A stretch of 64,000 nt of DNA from NCBI GenBank assembly GCA_964016885.1, contig OZ024742.1, forward strand, positions 378,324,001 through 378,388,000, in the 5' to 3' direction. The notes under the pieces were generated by a model. That model did no database searches. It saw only the letters and a program-made list of their open reading frames with translations, and had not been told where the DNA came from. Shown here piece after piece: positions 33,801 through 48,800 of this stretch (positions are counted from its first letter, which is position 1; every line of letters starts with the position of its first letter). This DNA is from Eledone cirrhosa. Lineage: Eukaryota. The position numbers and the translations under genes were made by a program.

Positions 33801-36800
33801 GCTCTATAGTAGCACTGAGCAGTCTATTGTATTAATGTTGTGGTCAGTTGTAGTCTATTGTAGCACTGAGCAGTCTATTGTATTAATGTTGTGGTCATTT
33901 GTAGCTCTATTGTAGCACTGAGCATTGTATTGTATTAATTTTGTGGTCATTTGTAATCTATTGTAGCACTGAGCAGTCTATTGTATTAATGTTGTGGTCA
34001 TTTGTAGCTCTATTGTAGCACTGAGCAGTCTATTGTATTAATGTTGTGGTCATTTGTAGCTCTATTGTAGCACTGAGCAGTCTATTGTATTAGTGTTGTG
34101 GTCATTTGTAGCCCTATAGTAGCACTGAGCAGTCTATTGTATTAATGTTGTGGTCAGTTGTAGTCTATTTAAGCACTGAGCAGTCTATTGTATTAATGTT
34201 GTGGTCATTTGTAGCTCTATTGTAGCACTGAGCAGTCTATTATATTAATGTTGTGGTCAGTTGTAGTCTATTGTAGCACTGAGCAGTCTATTGTATTAAT
34301 GTTGTGGTCATTTGTAGCTCTATTGTATCACTGAGAAGTCTATTGTATTAATGTTGTGGTCATTTGTAGCTCTATTGTAGCACTGAGCATTGTATTGTAT
34401 TAATGTCGTGGTCATTTGTAGTCTATTGTAGCACTGAGCAGTCTATTGTATTAATGTTGTGGTCATTTGTAGCTCTATTGTAGCACTGAGCAGTCTATTG
34501 TATTAATGTTGTGGTCATTTGTAACTCTATTGTAGCACTGAGCAGTCTATTGTATTAATGTTGTGGTCATTTGTAGTCTATTGTAGCACTGAGCAGTCTA
34601 TTGTATTAGTGTTGTGGTCATTTGTAGTCTATTGTAGCACTGAGCAGTCTATTGTATTAGTGTTGTGGTCATTTGTAGCTCTATAGTAGCACTGAGCAGT
34701 CTATTGTATTAATGTTGTGGTCATTTGTAGCTCTATTGTAGCACTGAGCAGTCTATTGTATTAATGTTGTGGTCATTTGTAGTCTATTGTAGCACTGAGC
34801 AGTCTATTGTATTAGTGTTGTGGTCATTTGTAGCTCTATAGTAGCACTGAGCAGTCTATTGTATTAATGTTGTGGTCATTTGTAGCTCTATTGTAGCACT
34901 GAGCATTGTATTGTATTAATGTTGTGGTCATTTGTTGTCTATTGTAGCACTGAGCAGTCTATTGTATTAATTTTGTGGTCATTTGTAGTCTATTGTAGAA
35001 CTGAGCAGTCTATTGTATTAATGTTGTGGTCATTCCTAGTCTATTGTAGCACTGAGCAGTCTATTGTATTAATGTTGTGGTCATTTGTAGCTCTATTGTA
35101 GCACTGAGCATTGTATAGTATTAATGTTGTGGTCATTTGTAGTCTATTGTAGCAATGAGCAGTCTATTGTATTAATGTTGTGGTCATTTGTAGCTCTATT
35201 GTTGCACTGAGCAGTCTATTGTATTAATGTTGTGGTCATTTGTAGTCTATTGTAGCACTGAGCAGTCTATTGTATTAATGTTGTGGTCATTTGTAGCTCT
35301 ATTGTAGCACTGAGCAGTCTATTATATTAATGTTGTGGTCATTTGTAGTCTATTGTAGCACTGAGCAGTCTATTGTATTAGTGTTGTGGTCATTTGTAGC
35401 TCTATTGTAGCACTGAGCAGTCTATTGTATTAATGTTGTGGTCAGTTGTAGTCTTTTGTAGCACTGAGCAGTCTATTGTATTAATGTTGTGGTCATTTGT
35501 AGCTCTATTGTAGCACTGAGCAGTCTATTGTATTAATGTTGTGGTCATTTGTAGCTCTATTGTAGCACTGAGCAGTCTATTGTATTAATGTTGTGGTCAT
35601 TTGTAGCTCTATTGTAGCACTGAGCAGTCTATTGTATTAATGTTGTGTTCATTTGTAGTCTATTGTAGCACTGAGCAGTCTATTGTATTAGTGTTGTGGT
35701 CATTTGTAGCTCTATAGTAGCACTGAGCAGTCTATTGTATTAATGTTGTGGTCAGTTGTAGTCTATTGTAGCACTGAGCAGTATATTGTATTAATGTTGT
35801 GGTCATTTGTAGCTCTATTGTAGCACTGAACAGTCTATTGTATTAATGTTGTGGTCAGTTGTAGTCTATTGTAGCACTGAGCAGTCTATTGTATTAATGT
35901 TGTAGTCATTTGTAGCTCTATTGTATCACTGAGCAGTCTATTGTATTAATGTTGTGGTCATTTGTAGCTCTATTGTAGCACTGAGCATTGTATTGTATTA
36001 ATGTTGTGGTCATTTGTAGTCTATTGTAGCACTGAGCAGTCTATTGTATTAATGTTGTGGTCATTTGTAGCTCTATTGTAGCACTGAGCAGTCTATTGTA
36101 TTAATGTTGTGGTCATTTGTAACTCTATTGTAGCACTGAGCAGTCTATTGTATTAATGTTGTGGTCATTTGTAGTCTATTGTAGCACTGAGCAGTCTATT
36201 GTATTAATGCTGTGGTCATTTGTAGCTCTATTGTAGCACTGAGCATTGTATTGTATTAATGTTGTGGTCATTTGTAATCTATTGTAGCACTGAGCAGTCT
36301 ATTGTATTAATGTTGTGGTCATTTGTAGCTCTATTGTAGCACTGAGCAGTCTATTGTATTAATGTTGTGGTCATTTGTAGCTCTATTGTAGCACTGAGCA
36401 GTCTATTGTATTAGTGTTGTGGTCATTTGTAGCTCTATAGTAGCACTGAGCAGTCTATTGTATTAATGTTGTGGTCAGTTGTAGTCTATTGTAGCACTGA
36501 GCAGTCTATTGTATTAATGTTGTGGTCATTTGTAGCTCTATTGTATCACTGAGCAGTCTATTGTATTAATGTTGTGGTCATTTGTAGCTCTATTGTAGCA
36601 CTGAGCATTGTATTGTATTAATGTTGTGGTCATTTGTAGTCTATTGTAGCACTGAGCAGTCTATTGTATTAATGTTGTGGTCATTTGTAGCTCTATTGTA
36701 GCACTGAGCAGTCTATTGTATTAATGTTGTGGTCATTTGTAACTCTATTGTAGCACTGAGCAGTCTATTGTATTAATGTTGTGGTCATTTGTAGTCTATT

Positions 36801-39800
36801 GTAACACTGAGCAGTCTATTGTATTAGTGTTGTGGTCATTTGTAGTCTATTGTAGCACTGAGCAGTCTATTGTATTAGTGTTGTGGTCATTTGTAGCTCT
36901 ATAGTAGCACTGAGCAGTCTATTGTATTAATGTTGTGGTCATTTGTAGCTCTATTGTAGCACTGAGCAGTCTATTGTATTAATGTTGTGGTCATTTGTAG
37001 TCTATTGTAGCACTGAGCAGTCTATTGTATTAGTGTTGTGGTCATTTGTAGCTCTATAGTAGCACTGAGCAGTCTATTGTATTAATGTTGTGGTCATTTA
37101 TAGCTCTATTGTAGCACTGAGCATTGTATTGTATTAATGTTGTGGTCATTTGTTGTCTATTGTAGCACTGAGCAGTCTATTGTATTAATTTTGTGGTCAT
37201 TTGTAGTCTATTGTAATACTGAGCAGTCTATTGTATTAATGTTGTGGTCATTTGTAGTCTATTGTAGCACTGAGCAGTCTATTTTATTAATGTTGTGGTC
37301 ATTTGTAGTCTATTGTAGCACTGAGCATTGTATTGTATTAATGTTGTGGTCATTTGTAGTCTATTGTAGCACTGCGCAGTCTATTGTATTAATGTTGTGG
37401 TCATTTGTAGCTCTATTGTAGCACTGAGCAGTCTATTGTATTAATGTTGTGGTCATTTGTAGTCTATTGTAGCACTGAGCAGTCTATTGTATTAATGGTG
37501 TGGTCATTTGTAGTCTATTGTAGCACTGAGCAGTGTATTGTATTAATGTTGTGGTCATTTGTAGCTCTATTGTAGCACTGAGTAGTGTATTGTATTAATG
37601 TTGTGTTCATTTGTAGTCTATTGTAGCACTGACCAGTCTATTGTATTAATGTTGTGGTCATTTGTAGCTCTATTGTAGCACTGAGCAGTCTATTGTATTA
37701 ATGTTGTGGTCATTTGTAGCTCTATTGTAGCACTGAGCAGTCTATTGTATTAATGTTGTGGTCATTTGTAGTCTATTGTAGCACTGAGCTGTCTATTGTA
37801 TTAATGTTGTGGTCATTTGTAGCTCTATAGTAGCAATGAGCAGTCTATTGTATTAATGTTGTGGTCATTTGTAGTCTATTGTAGCACTGAGCAGTGTATT
37901 GTATTAATGTTGTGGTCATTTGTAGTCTATTGTAGCACTGAGCAGTCTATTGTATTAATGTTGTGGTCATTTGTAGTCTATTGTAGCACTGAGCAGTCTA
38001 TTGTATTAATGTTGTGGTCATTTGTAGCTCTATTGTAGCACTGAGCAATCTATTGTATTAATGTTGTAGTCATTTGAAGTCTATTGTAGCACTGAGTAGT
38101 CTATTGTATTAATGTTGTGGTCATTTGTAGTCTATTGTAGCACTGTGCCGTGTATTGTATTAGTGTTGTGGTCATTTGTAGCTCTATTGTAGCACTGAGC
38201 AGTCTATTGTATTAATGTTGTGGTCAGTTGTATTCTATTGTAGCACTGAGCAGATTATTGTATTAATGTTGTGGTCATTTGTAGTATATTGTAGTTCTGA
38301 GCAGTCTATTGTATTGATGTTGTGGTCATTTGTAGTCTATTGTAGCACTGAGCAGTCTATTGTATTAATGTTGTGGTCATTTGTAGTCTATTGTAGCACT
38401 GAGCAGTCTATTGTATTAATGTTGTGGTCATTTGTAGTCTATTGTAGCACTGAGCAGTCTATTGTATTAATGTTGTGGTCATTTGTAGCTCTATTGTAGC
38501 ACTGAGCAGTCTATTATATTAATGTTGTGGTCATTTGTAGTCTATTGTAGCACTGAGCAGTCTATTGTATTAGTGTTGTGGTCATTTGTCGCTCTATTGT
38601 AGCACTGAGCAGTCTATTGTATTAATGTTGTGGTCAGTTGTAGTCTATTGTAGCACTGAGCAGTCTATTGTATTAATGTTGTGGTCATCTGTAGCTCTAT
38701 TGTAGCACTGAGCAGTCTATTGTATTAATGTTGTGGTCATTTGTAGCTCTATTGTAGCACTGAGCATTGTATTGTATTAATGTTGTGGTCATTTGTAGTC
38801 TATTGTAGCACTGAGCAGTCTATTGTATTAATGTTGTGGTCATTTGTAGCTCTATTGTAGCAATGAGCAGGCTATTGTATTAATGTTGTGGTCATTTGTA
38901 GCTCTATTGTAGTACTGAGCAGTCTATTGTATTAATGTTGTGGTGATGTGTAGTCTATTGTAGCACTGAGCAGTCTATTGTATTAGTGTTGTGGTCATTT
39001 GTAGCTCTATAGTAGCACTGAGCAGTCTATTGTATTAATGTTGTGGTCAGTTGTATTCTATTGTAGCACTGAGCAGACTATTGTATTAATGTTCTGGTCA
39101 TTTGTAGTATATTGTAGTTCTGAGCAGTCTATTGTATTGATGTTGTGGTCATTTGTAGTCTATTGTAGCACTGAGCAGTCTATTGTATTAATGTTGTGGT
39201 CATTTGTAGTCTATTGTATTAATGTTGTGGTCATTTGTAGTCTATTGTAGCATTGAGCAGTCTATTGTATTAATGTTGTGGTCATTTGTAGCTCTATTGT
39301 AGCACTGAGCAGTCTATTATATTAATGTTGTGGTCATTTGTAGTCTATTGTAGCACTGAACAGTCTATTGTATTAGTGTTGTGGTCATTTGTAGCTCTAT
39401 TGTAGCACTGAGCAGTCTATTGTATTAATGTTGTGGTCAGTTGTAGTCTATTGTAGCACTGAGCAGTCTATTGTATTAATGTTGTGGTCATTTGTAGCTC
39501 TATTGTAGCACTGAGCAGTCTATTGTATTAATGTTGTGGTCATTTGTAGCTCTATTGTAGCACTTAGCATTGTATTGTATTAATGTTGTGGTCATTTGTA
39601 GTCTATTGTAGCACTGAGCAGTCTATTGTATTAATGTTGTGGTCATTTGTAGCTCTATTGTAGCACTGAGCAGTCTATTGTATTAATGTTGTGGTCATTT
39701 GTAACTCTATTGTAGCACTGAGCAGTCTATTGTATTAATGTTGTGGTCATTTGTAGTCTATTGTAGCACTGAGCAGTCTATTGTATTAGTGTTGTGGTCA

Positions 39801-42800
39801 TTTGTAGCTCTATAGTAGCACTGAGCAGTCTATTGTATTAATGTTGTGGTCATTTGTAGCTCTATTGTAGCACTGAGCAGTCTATTGTATTAATGTTGTG
39901 GTCATTTGTAGTCTATTGTAGCACTGAGCAGTCTATTGTATTAGTGTTGTGGTCATTTGTAGCTCTATAGTAGCACTGAGCAGTCTATTGTATTAATGTT
40001 GTGGTCATTTGTAGCTCTATTGTAGCACTGAGCATTGTATTGTATTAATGTTGTGGTCATTTGTTGTCTATTGTAGCACTGAGCAGTCTATTGTATTAGT
40101 GTTGTGGTCATTTGTAGCTCTATAGTAGCACTGAGCAGTCTATTGTATTAATGTTGTGGTCATTTGTAGCTCTATTGTAGCACTGAGCAGTCTATTGTAT
40201 TAATGTTGTGGTCATTTGTAGTCTATTGTAGCACTGAGCAGTCTATTGTATTAGTGTTGTGGTCATTTGTAGCTCTATAGTAGCACTGAGCAGTCTATTG
40301 TATTAATGTTGTGGTCATTTGTAGCTCTATTGTAGCACTGAGCATTGTATTGTATTAATGTTGTGGTCATTTGTTGTCTATTGTAGCACTGAGCAGTCTA
40401 TTGTATTAATTTTGTGGTCATTTGTAGTCTATTGTAGAACTGAGCAGTCTATTGTATTAATGTTGTGGTCATTCCTAGTCTATTGTAGCACTGAGCAGTC
40501 TATTGTATTAATGTTGTGGTCATTTGTAGCTCTATTGTAGCACTGAGCATTGTATAGTATTAATGTTGTGGTCATTTGTAGTCTATTGTAGCAATGAGCA
40601 GTCTATTGTATTAATGTTGTGGTCATTTGTAGCTCTATTGTTGCACTGAGCAGTCTATTGTATTAATGTTGTGGTCATTTGTAGTCTATTGTAGCACTGA
40701 GCAGTCTATTGTATTAATGTTGTGGTCATTTGTAGCTCTATTGTAGCACTGAGCAGTCTATTATATTAATGTTGTGGTCATTTGTAGTCTATTGTAGCAC
40801 TGAGCAGTCTATTGTATTAGTGTTGTGGTCATTTGTAGCTCTATTGTAGCACTGAGCAGTCTATTGTATTAATGTTGTGGTCAGTTGTAGTCTTTTGTAG
40901 CACTGAGCAGTCTATTGTATTAATGTTGTGGTCATTTGTAGCTCTATTGTAGCACTGAGCAGTCTATTGTATTAATGTTGTGGTCATTTGTAGCTCTATT
41001 GTAGCACTGAGCAGTCTATTGTATTAATGTTGTGGTCATTTGTAGCTCTATTGTAGCACTGAGCAGTCTATTGTATTAATGTTGTGGTCATTTGTAGTCT
41101 ATTGTAGCACTGAGCAGTCTATTGTATTAGTGTTGTGGTCATTTGTAGCTCTATAGTAGCACTGAGCAGTCTATTGTATTAATGTTGTGGTCAGTTGTAG
41201 TCTATTGTAGCACTGAGCAGTATATTGTATTAATGTTGTGGTCATTTGTAGCTCTATTGTAGCACTGAACAGTCTATTGTATTAATGTTGTGGTCAGTTG
41301 TAGTCTATTGTAGCACTGAGCAGTCTATTGTATTAATGTTGTAGTCATTTGTAGCTCTATTGTATCACTGAGCAGTCTATTGTATTAATGTTGTGGTCAT
41401 TTGTAGCTCTATTGTAGCACTGAGCATTGTATTGTATTAATGTTGTGGTCATTTGTAGTCTATTGTAGCACTGAGCAGTCTATTGTATTAATGTTGTGGT
41501 CATTTGTAGCTCTATTGTAGCACTGAGCAGTCTATTGTATTAATGTTGTGGTCATTTGTAACTCTATTGTAGCACTGAGCAGTCTATTGTATTAATGTTG
41601 TGGTCATTTGTAGTCTATTGTAGCACTGAGCAGTCTATTGTATTAATGCTGTGGTCATTTGTAGCTCTATTGTAGCACTGAGCATTGTATTGTATTAATG
41701 TTGTGGTCATTTGTAATCTATTGTAGCACTGAGCAGTCTATTGTATTAATGTTGTGGTCATTTGTAGCTCTATTGTAGCACTGAGCAGTCTATTGTATTA
41801 ATGTTGTGGTCATTTGTAGCTCTATTGTAGCACTGAGCAGTCTATTGTATTAGTGTTGTGGTCATTTGTAGCTCTATAGTAGCACTGAGCAGTCTATTGT
41901 ATTAATGTTGTGGTCAGTTGTAGTCTATTGTAGCACTGAGCAGTCTATTGTATTAATGTTGTGGTCATTTGTAGCTCTATTGTATCACTGAGCAGTCTAT
42001 TGTATTAATGTTGTGGTCATTTGTAGCTCTATTGTAGCACTGAGCATTGTATTGTATTAATGTTGTGGTCATTTGTAGTCTATTGTAGCACTGAGCAGTC
42101 TATTGTATTAATGTTGTGGTCATTTGTAGCTCTTTTGTAGCACTGAGCAGTCTATTGTATTAATGTTGTGGTCATTTGTAACTCTATTGTAGCACTGAGC
42201 AGTCTATTGTATTAATGTTGTGGTCATTTGTAGTCTATTGTAACACTGAGCAGTCTATTGTATTAGTGTTGTGGTCATTTGTAGTCTATTGTAGCACTGA
42301 GCAGTCTATTGTATTAGTGTTGTGGTCATTTGTAGCTCTATAGTAGCACTGAGCAGTCTATTGTATTAATGTTGTGGTCATTTGTAGCTCTATTGTAGCA
42401 CTGAGCAGTCTATTGTATTAATGTTGTGGTCATTTGTAGTCTATTGTAGCACTGAGCAGTCTATTGTATTAGTGTTGTGGTCATTTGTAGCTCTATAGTA
42501 GCACTGAGCAGTCTATTGTATTAATGTTGTGGTCATTTATAGCTCTATTGTAGCACTGAGCATTGTATTGTATTAATGTTGTGGTCATTTGTTGTCTATT
42601 GTAGCACTGAGCAGTCTATTGTATTAATTTTGTGGTCATTTGTAGTCTATTGTAATACTGAGCAGTCTATTGTATTAATGTTGTGGTCATTTGTAGTCTA
42701 TTGTAGCACTGAGCAGTCTATTTTATTAATGTTGTGGTCATTTGTAGTCTATTGTAGCACTGAGCATTGTATTGTATTAATGTTGTGGTCATTTGTAGTC

Positions 42801-45800
42801 TATTGTAGCACTGCGCAGTCTATTGTATTAATGTTGTGGTCATTTGTAGCTCTATTGTAGCACTGAGCAGTCTATTGTATTAATGTTGTGGTCATTTGTA
42901 GTCTATTGTAGCACTGAGCAGTCTATTGTATTAATGGTGTGGTCATTTGTAGTCTATTGTAGCACTGAGCAGTGTATTGTATTAATGTTGTGGTCATTTG
43001 TAGCTCTATTGTAGCACTGAGCAGTCTATTGTATTAGTGTTGTGGTCATTTGTAGTCTATTGTAGCACTGAGCAGTCTATTGTATTAGTGTTGTGGTCAT
43101 TTGTAGCTCTATAGTAGCACTGAGCAGTCTATTGTATTAATGTTGTGGTCATTTGTAGCTCTATTGTAGCACTGAGCAATCTATTGTATTAATGTTGTAG
43201 TCATTTGAAGTCTATTGTAGCACTGAGTAGTCTATTGTATTAATGTTGTGGTCATTTGTAGTCTATTGTAGCACTGTGCCGTGTATTGTATTAGTGTTGT
43301 GGTCATTTGTAGCTCTATTGTAGCACTGAGCAGTCTATTGTATTAATGTTGTGGTCAGTTGTATTCTATTGTAGCACTGAGCAGATTATTGTATTAATGT
43401 TGTGGTCATTTGTAGTATATTGTAGTTCTGAGCAGTCTATTGTATTGATGTTGTGGTCATTTGTAGTCTATTGTAGCACTGAGCAGTCTATTGTATTAAT
43501 GTTGTGGTCATTTGTAGTCTATTGTAGCACTGAGCAGTCTATTGTATTAATGTTGTGGTCATTTGTAGTCTATTGTAGCACTGAGCAGTCTATTGTATTA
43601 GTGTTGTGGTCATTTGTAGCTCTATAGTAGCACTGAGCAGTCTATTGTATTAATTTTGTGGTCATTTGTAGCTCTATTGTAGCACTGAGCATTGTATTGT
43701 ATTAATGTTGTGGTCATTTGTTGTCTATTGTAGCACTGAGCAGTCTATTGTATTAGTGTTGTGGTCATTTGTAGCTCTATAGTAGCACTGAGCAGTCTAT
43801 TGTATTAATGTTGTGGTCATTTGTAGCTCTATTGTAGCACTGAGCAGTCTATTGTATTAATGTTGTGGTCATTTGTAGTCTATTGTAGCACTGAGCAGTC
43901 TATTGTATTAGTGTTGTGGTCATTTGTAGCTCTATAGTAGCACTGAGCAGTCTATTGTATTAATGTTGTGGTCATTTGTAGCTCTATTGTAGCACTGAGC
44001 ATTGTATTGTATTAATGTTGTGGTCATTTGTTGTCTATTGTAGCACTGAGCAGTCTATTGTATTAATTTTGTGGTCATTTGTAGTCTATTGTAGAACTGA
44101 GCAGTCTATTGTATTAATGTTGTGGTCATTCCTAGTCTATTGTAGCACTGAGCAGTCTATTGTATTAATGTTGTGGTCATTTGTAGCTCTATTGTAGCAC
44201 TGAGCATTGTATAGTATTAATGTTGTGGTCATTTGTAGTCTATTGTAGCAATGAGCAGTCTATTGTATTAATGTTGTGGTCATTTGTAGCTCTATTGTTG
44301 CACTGAGCAGTCTATTGTATTAATGTTGTGGTCATTTGTAGTCTATTGTAGCACTGAGCAGTCTATTGTATTAATGTTGTGGTCATTTGTAGCTCTATTG
44401 TAGCACTGAGCAGTCTATTATATTAATGTTGTGGTCATTTGTAGTCTATTGTAGCACTGAGCAGTCTATTGTATTAGTGTTGTGGTCATTTGTAGCTCTA
44501 TTGTAGCACTGAGCAGTCTATTGTATTAATGTTGTGGTCAGTTGTAGTCTTTTGTAGCACTGAGCAGTCTATTGTATTAATGTTGTGGTCATTTGTAGCT
44601 CTATTGTAGCACTGAGCAGTCTATTGTATTAATGTTGTGGTCATTTGTAGCTCTATTGTAGCACTGAGCAGTCTATTGTATTAATGTTGTGGTCATTTGT
44701 AGCTCTATTGTAGCACTGAGCAGTCTATTGTATTAATGTTGTGGTCATTTGTAGTCTATTGTAGCACTGAGCAGTCTATTGTATTAGTGTTGTGGTCATT
44801 TGTAGCTCTATAGTAGCACTGAGCAGTCTATTGTATTAATGTTGTGGTCAGTTGTAGTCTATTGTAGCACTGAGCAGTATATTGTATTAATGTTGTGGTC
44901 ATTTGTAGCTCTATTGTAGCACTGAACAGTCTATTGTATTAATGTTGTGGTCAGTTGTAGTCTATTGTAGCACTGAGCAGTCTATTGTATTAATGTTGTA
45001 GTCATTTGTAGCTCTATTGTATCACTGAGCAGTCTATTGTATTAATGTTGTGGTCATTTGTAGCTCTATTGTAGCACTGAGCATTGTATTGTATTAATGT
45101 TGTGGTCATTTGTAGTCTATTGTAGCACTGAGCAGTCTATTGTATTAATGTTGTGGTCATTTGTAGCTCTATTGTAGCACTGAGCAGTCTATTGTATTAA
45201 TGTTGTGGTCATTTGTAACTCTATTGTAGCACTGAGCAGTCTATTGTATTAATGTTGTGGTCATTTGTAGTCTATTGTAGCACTGAGCAGTCTATTGTAT
45301 TAATGCTGTGGTCATTTGTAGCTCTATTGTAGCACTGAGCATTGTATTGTATTAATGTTGTGGTCATTTGTAATCTATTGTAGCACTGAGCAGTCTATTG
45401 TATTAATGTTGTGGTCATTTGTAGCTCTATTGTAGCACTGAGCAGTCTATTGTATTAATGTTGTGGTCATTTGTAGCTCTATTGTAGCACTGAGCAGTCT
45501 ATTGTATTAGTGTTGTGGTCATTTGTAGCTCTATAGTAGCACTGAGCAGTCTATTGTATTAATGTTGTGGTCAGTTGTAGTCTATTGTAGCACTGAGCAG
45601 TCTATTGTATTAATGTTGTGGTCATTTGTAGCTCTATTGTATCACTGAGCAGTCTATTGTATTAATGTTGTGGTCATTTGTAGCTCTATTGTAGCACTGA
45701 GCATTGTATTGTATTAATGTTGTGGTCATTTGTAGTCTATTGTAGCACTGAGCAGTCTATTGTATTAATGTTGTGGTCATTTGTAGCTCTATTGTAGCAC

Positions 45801-48800
45801 TGAGCAGTCTATTGTATTAATGTTGTGGTCATTTGTAACTCTATTGTAGCACTGAGCAGTCTATTGTATTAATGTTGTGGTCATTTGTAGTCTATTGTAA
45901 CACTGAGCAGTCTATTGTATTAGTGTTGTGGTCATTTGTAGTCTATTGTAGCACTGAGCAGTCTATTGTATTAGTGTTGTGGTCATTTGTAGCTCTATAG
46001 TAGCACTGAGCAGTCTATTGTATTAATGTTGTGGTCATTTGTAGCTCTATTGTAGCACTGAGCAGTCTATTGTATTAATGTTGTGGTCATTTGTAGTCTA
46101 TTGTAGCACTGAGCAGTCTATTGTATTAGTGTTGTGGTCATTTGTAGCTCTATAGTAGCACTGAGCAGTCTATTGTATTAATGTTGTGGTCATTTATAGC
46201 TCTATTGTAGCACTGAGCATTGTATTGTATTAATGTTGTGGTCATTTGTTGTCTATTGTAGCACTGAGCAGTCTATTGTATTAATTTTGTGGTCATTTGT
46301 AGTCTATTGTAATACTGAGCAGTCTATTGTATTAATGTTGTGGTCATTTGTAGTCTATTGTAGCACTGAGCAGTCTATTTTATTAATGTTGTGGTCATTT
46401 GTAGTCTATTGTAGCACTGAGCATTGTATTGTATTAATGTTGTGGTCATTTGTAGTCTATTGTAGCACTGCGCAGTCTATTGTATTAATGTTGTGGTCAT
46501 TTGTAGCTCTATTGTAGCACTGAGCAGTCTATTGTATTAATGTTGTGGTCATTTGTAGTCTATTGTAGCACTGAGCAGTCTATTGTATTAATGGTGTGGT
46601 CATTTGTAGTCTATTGTAGCACTGAGCAGTGTATTGTATTAATGTTGTGGTCATTTGTAGCTCTATTGTAGCACTGAGTAGTGTATTGTATTAATGTTGT
46701 GTTCATTTGTAGTCTATTGTAGCACTGACCAGTCTATTGTATTAATGTTGTGGTCATTTGTAGCTCTATTGTAGCACTGAGCAGTCTATTGTATTAATGT
46801 TGTGGTCATTTGTAGCTCTATTGTAGCACTGAGCAGTCTATTGTATTAATGTTGTGGTCATTTGTAGTCTATTGTAGCACTGAGCTGTCTATTGTATTAA
46901 TGTTGTGGTCATTTGTAGCTCTATAGTAGCAATGAGCAGTCTATTGTATTAATGTTGTGGTCATTTGTAGTCTATTGTAGCACTGAGCAGTGTATTGTAT
47001 TAATGTTGTGGTCATTTGTAGTCTATTGTAGCACTGAGCAGTCTATTGTATTAATGTTGTGGTCATTTGTAGTCTATTGTAGCACTGAGCAGTCTATTGT
47101 ATTAATGTTGTGGTCATTTGTAGCTCTATTGTAGCACTGAGCAATCTATTGTATTAATGTTGTAGTCATTTGAAGTCTATTGTAGCACTGAGTAGTCTAT
47201 TGTATTAATGTTGTGGTCATTTGTAGTCTATTGTAGCACTGTGCCGTGTATTGTATTAGTGTTGTGGTCATTTGTAGCTCTATTGTAGCACTGAGCAGTC
47301 TATTGTATTAATGTTGTGGTCAGTTGTATTCTATTGTAGCACTGAGCAGATTATTGTATTAATGTTGTGGTCATTTGTAGTATATTGTAGTTCTGAGCAG
47401 TCTATTGTATTGATGTTGTGGTCATTTGTAGTCTATTGTAGCACTGAGCAGTCTATTGTATTAATGTTGTGGTCATTTGTAGTCTATTGTAGCACTGAGC
47501 AGTCTATTGTATTAATTATTGTGGTCATTTGTAGTCTATTGTAGCACTGAGCAGTCTATTGTATTAATGTTGTGGTCATTTGTAGCTCTATTGTAGCACT
47601 GAGCAGTCTATTATATTAATGTTGTGGTCATTTGTAGTCTATTGTAGCACTGAGCAGTCTATTGTATTAGTGTTGTGGTCATTTGTCGCTCTATTGTAGC
47701 ACTGAGCAGTCTATTGTATTAATGTTGTGGTCAGTTGTAGTCTATTGTAGCACTGAGCAGTCTATTGTATTAATGTTGTGGTCATCTGTAGCTCTATTGT
47801 AGCACTGAGCAGTCTATTGTATTAATGTTGTGGTCATTTGTAGCTCTATTGTAGCACTGAGCATTGTATTGTATTAATGTTGTGGTCATTTGTAGTCTAT
47901 TGTAGCACTGAGCAGTCTATTGTATTAATGTTGTGGTCATTTGTAGCTCTATTGTAGCAATGAGCAGGCTATTGTATTAATGTTGTGGTCATTTGTAGCT
48001 CTATTGTAGTACTGAGCAGTCTATTGTATTAATGTTGTGGTGATGTGTAGTCTATTGTAGCACTGAGCAGTCTATTGTATTAGTGTTGTGGTCATTTGTA
48101 GCTCTATAGTAGCACTGAGCAGTCTATTGTATTAATGTTGTGGTCAGTTGTATTCTATTGTAGCACTGAGCAGACTATTGTATTAATGTTCTGGTCATTT
48201 GTAGTATATTGTAGTTCTGAGCAGTCTATTGTATTGATGTTGTGGTCATTTGTAGTCTATTGTAGCACTGAGCAGTCTATTGTATTAATGTTGTGGTCAT
48301 TTGTAGTCTATTGTATTAATGTTGTGGTCATTTGTAGTCTATTGTAGCATTGAGCAGTCTATTGTATTAATGTTGTGGTCATTTGTAGCTCTATTGTAGC
48401 ACTGAGCAGTCTATTATATTAATGTTGTGGTCATTTGTAGTCTATTGTAGCACTGAACAGTCTATTGTATTAGTGTTGTGGTCATTTGTAGCTCTATTGT
48501 AGCACTGAGCAGTCTATTGTATTAATGTTGTGGTCAGTTGTAGTCTATTGTAGCACTGAGCAGTCTATTGTATTAATGTTGTGGTCATTTGTAGCTCTAT
48601 TGTAGCACTGAGCAGTCTATTGTATTAATGTTGTGGTCATTTGTAGCTCTATTGTAGCACTTAGCATTGTATTGTATTAATGTTGTGGTCATTTGTAGTC
48701 TATTGTAGCACTGAGCAGTCTATTGTATTAATGTTGTGGTCATTTGTAGCTCTATTGTAGCACTGAGCAGTCTATTGTATTAATGTTGTGGTCATTTGTA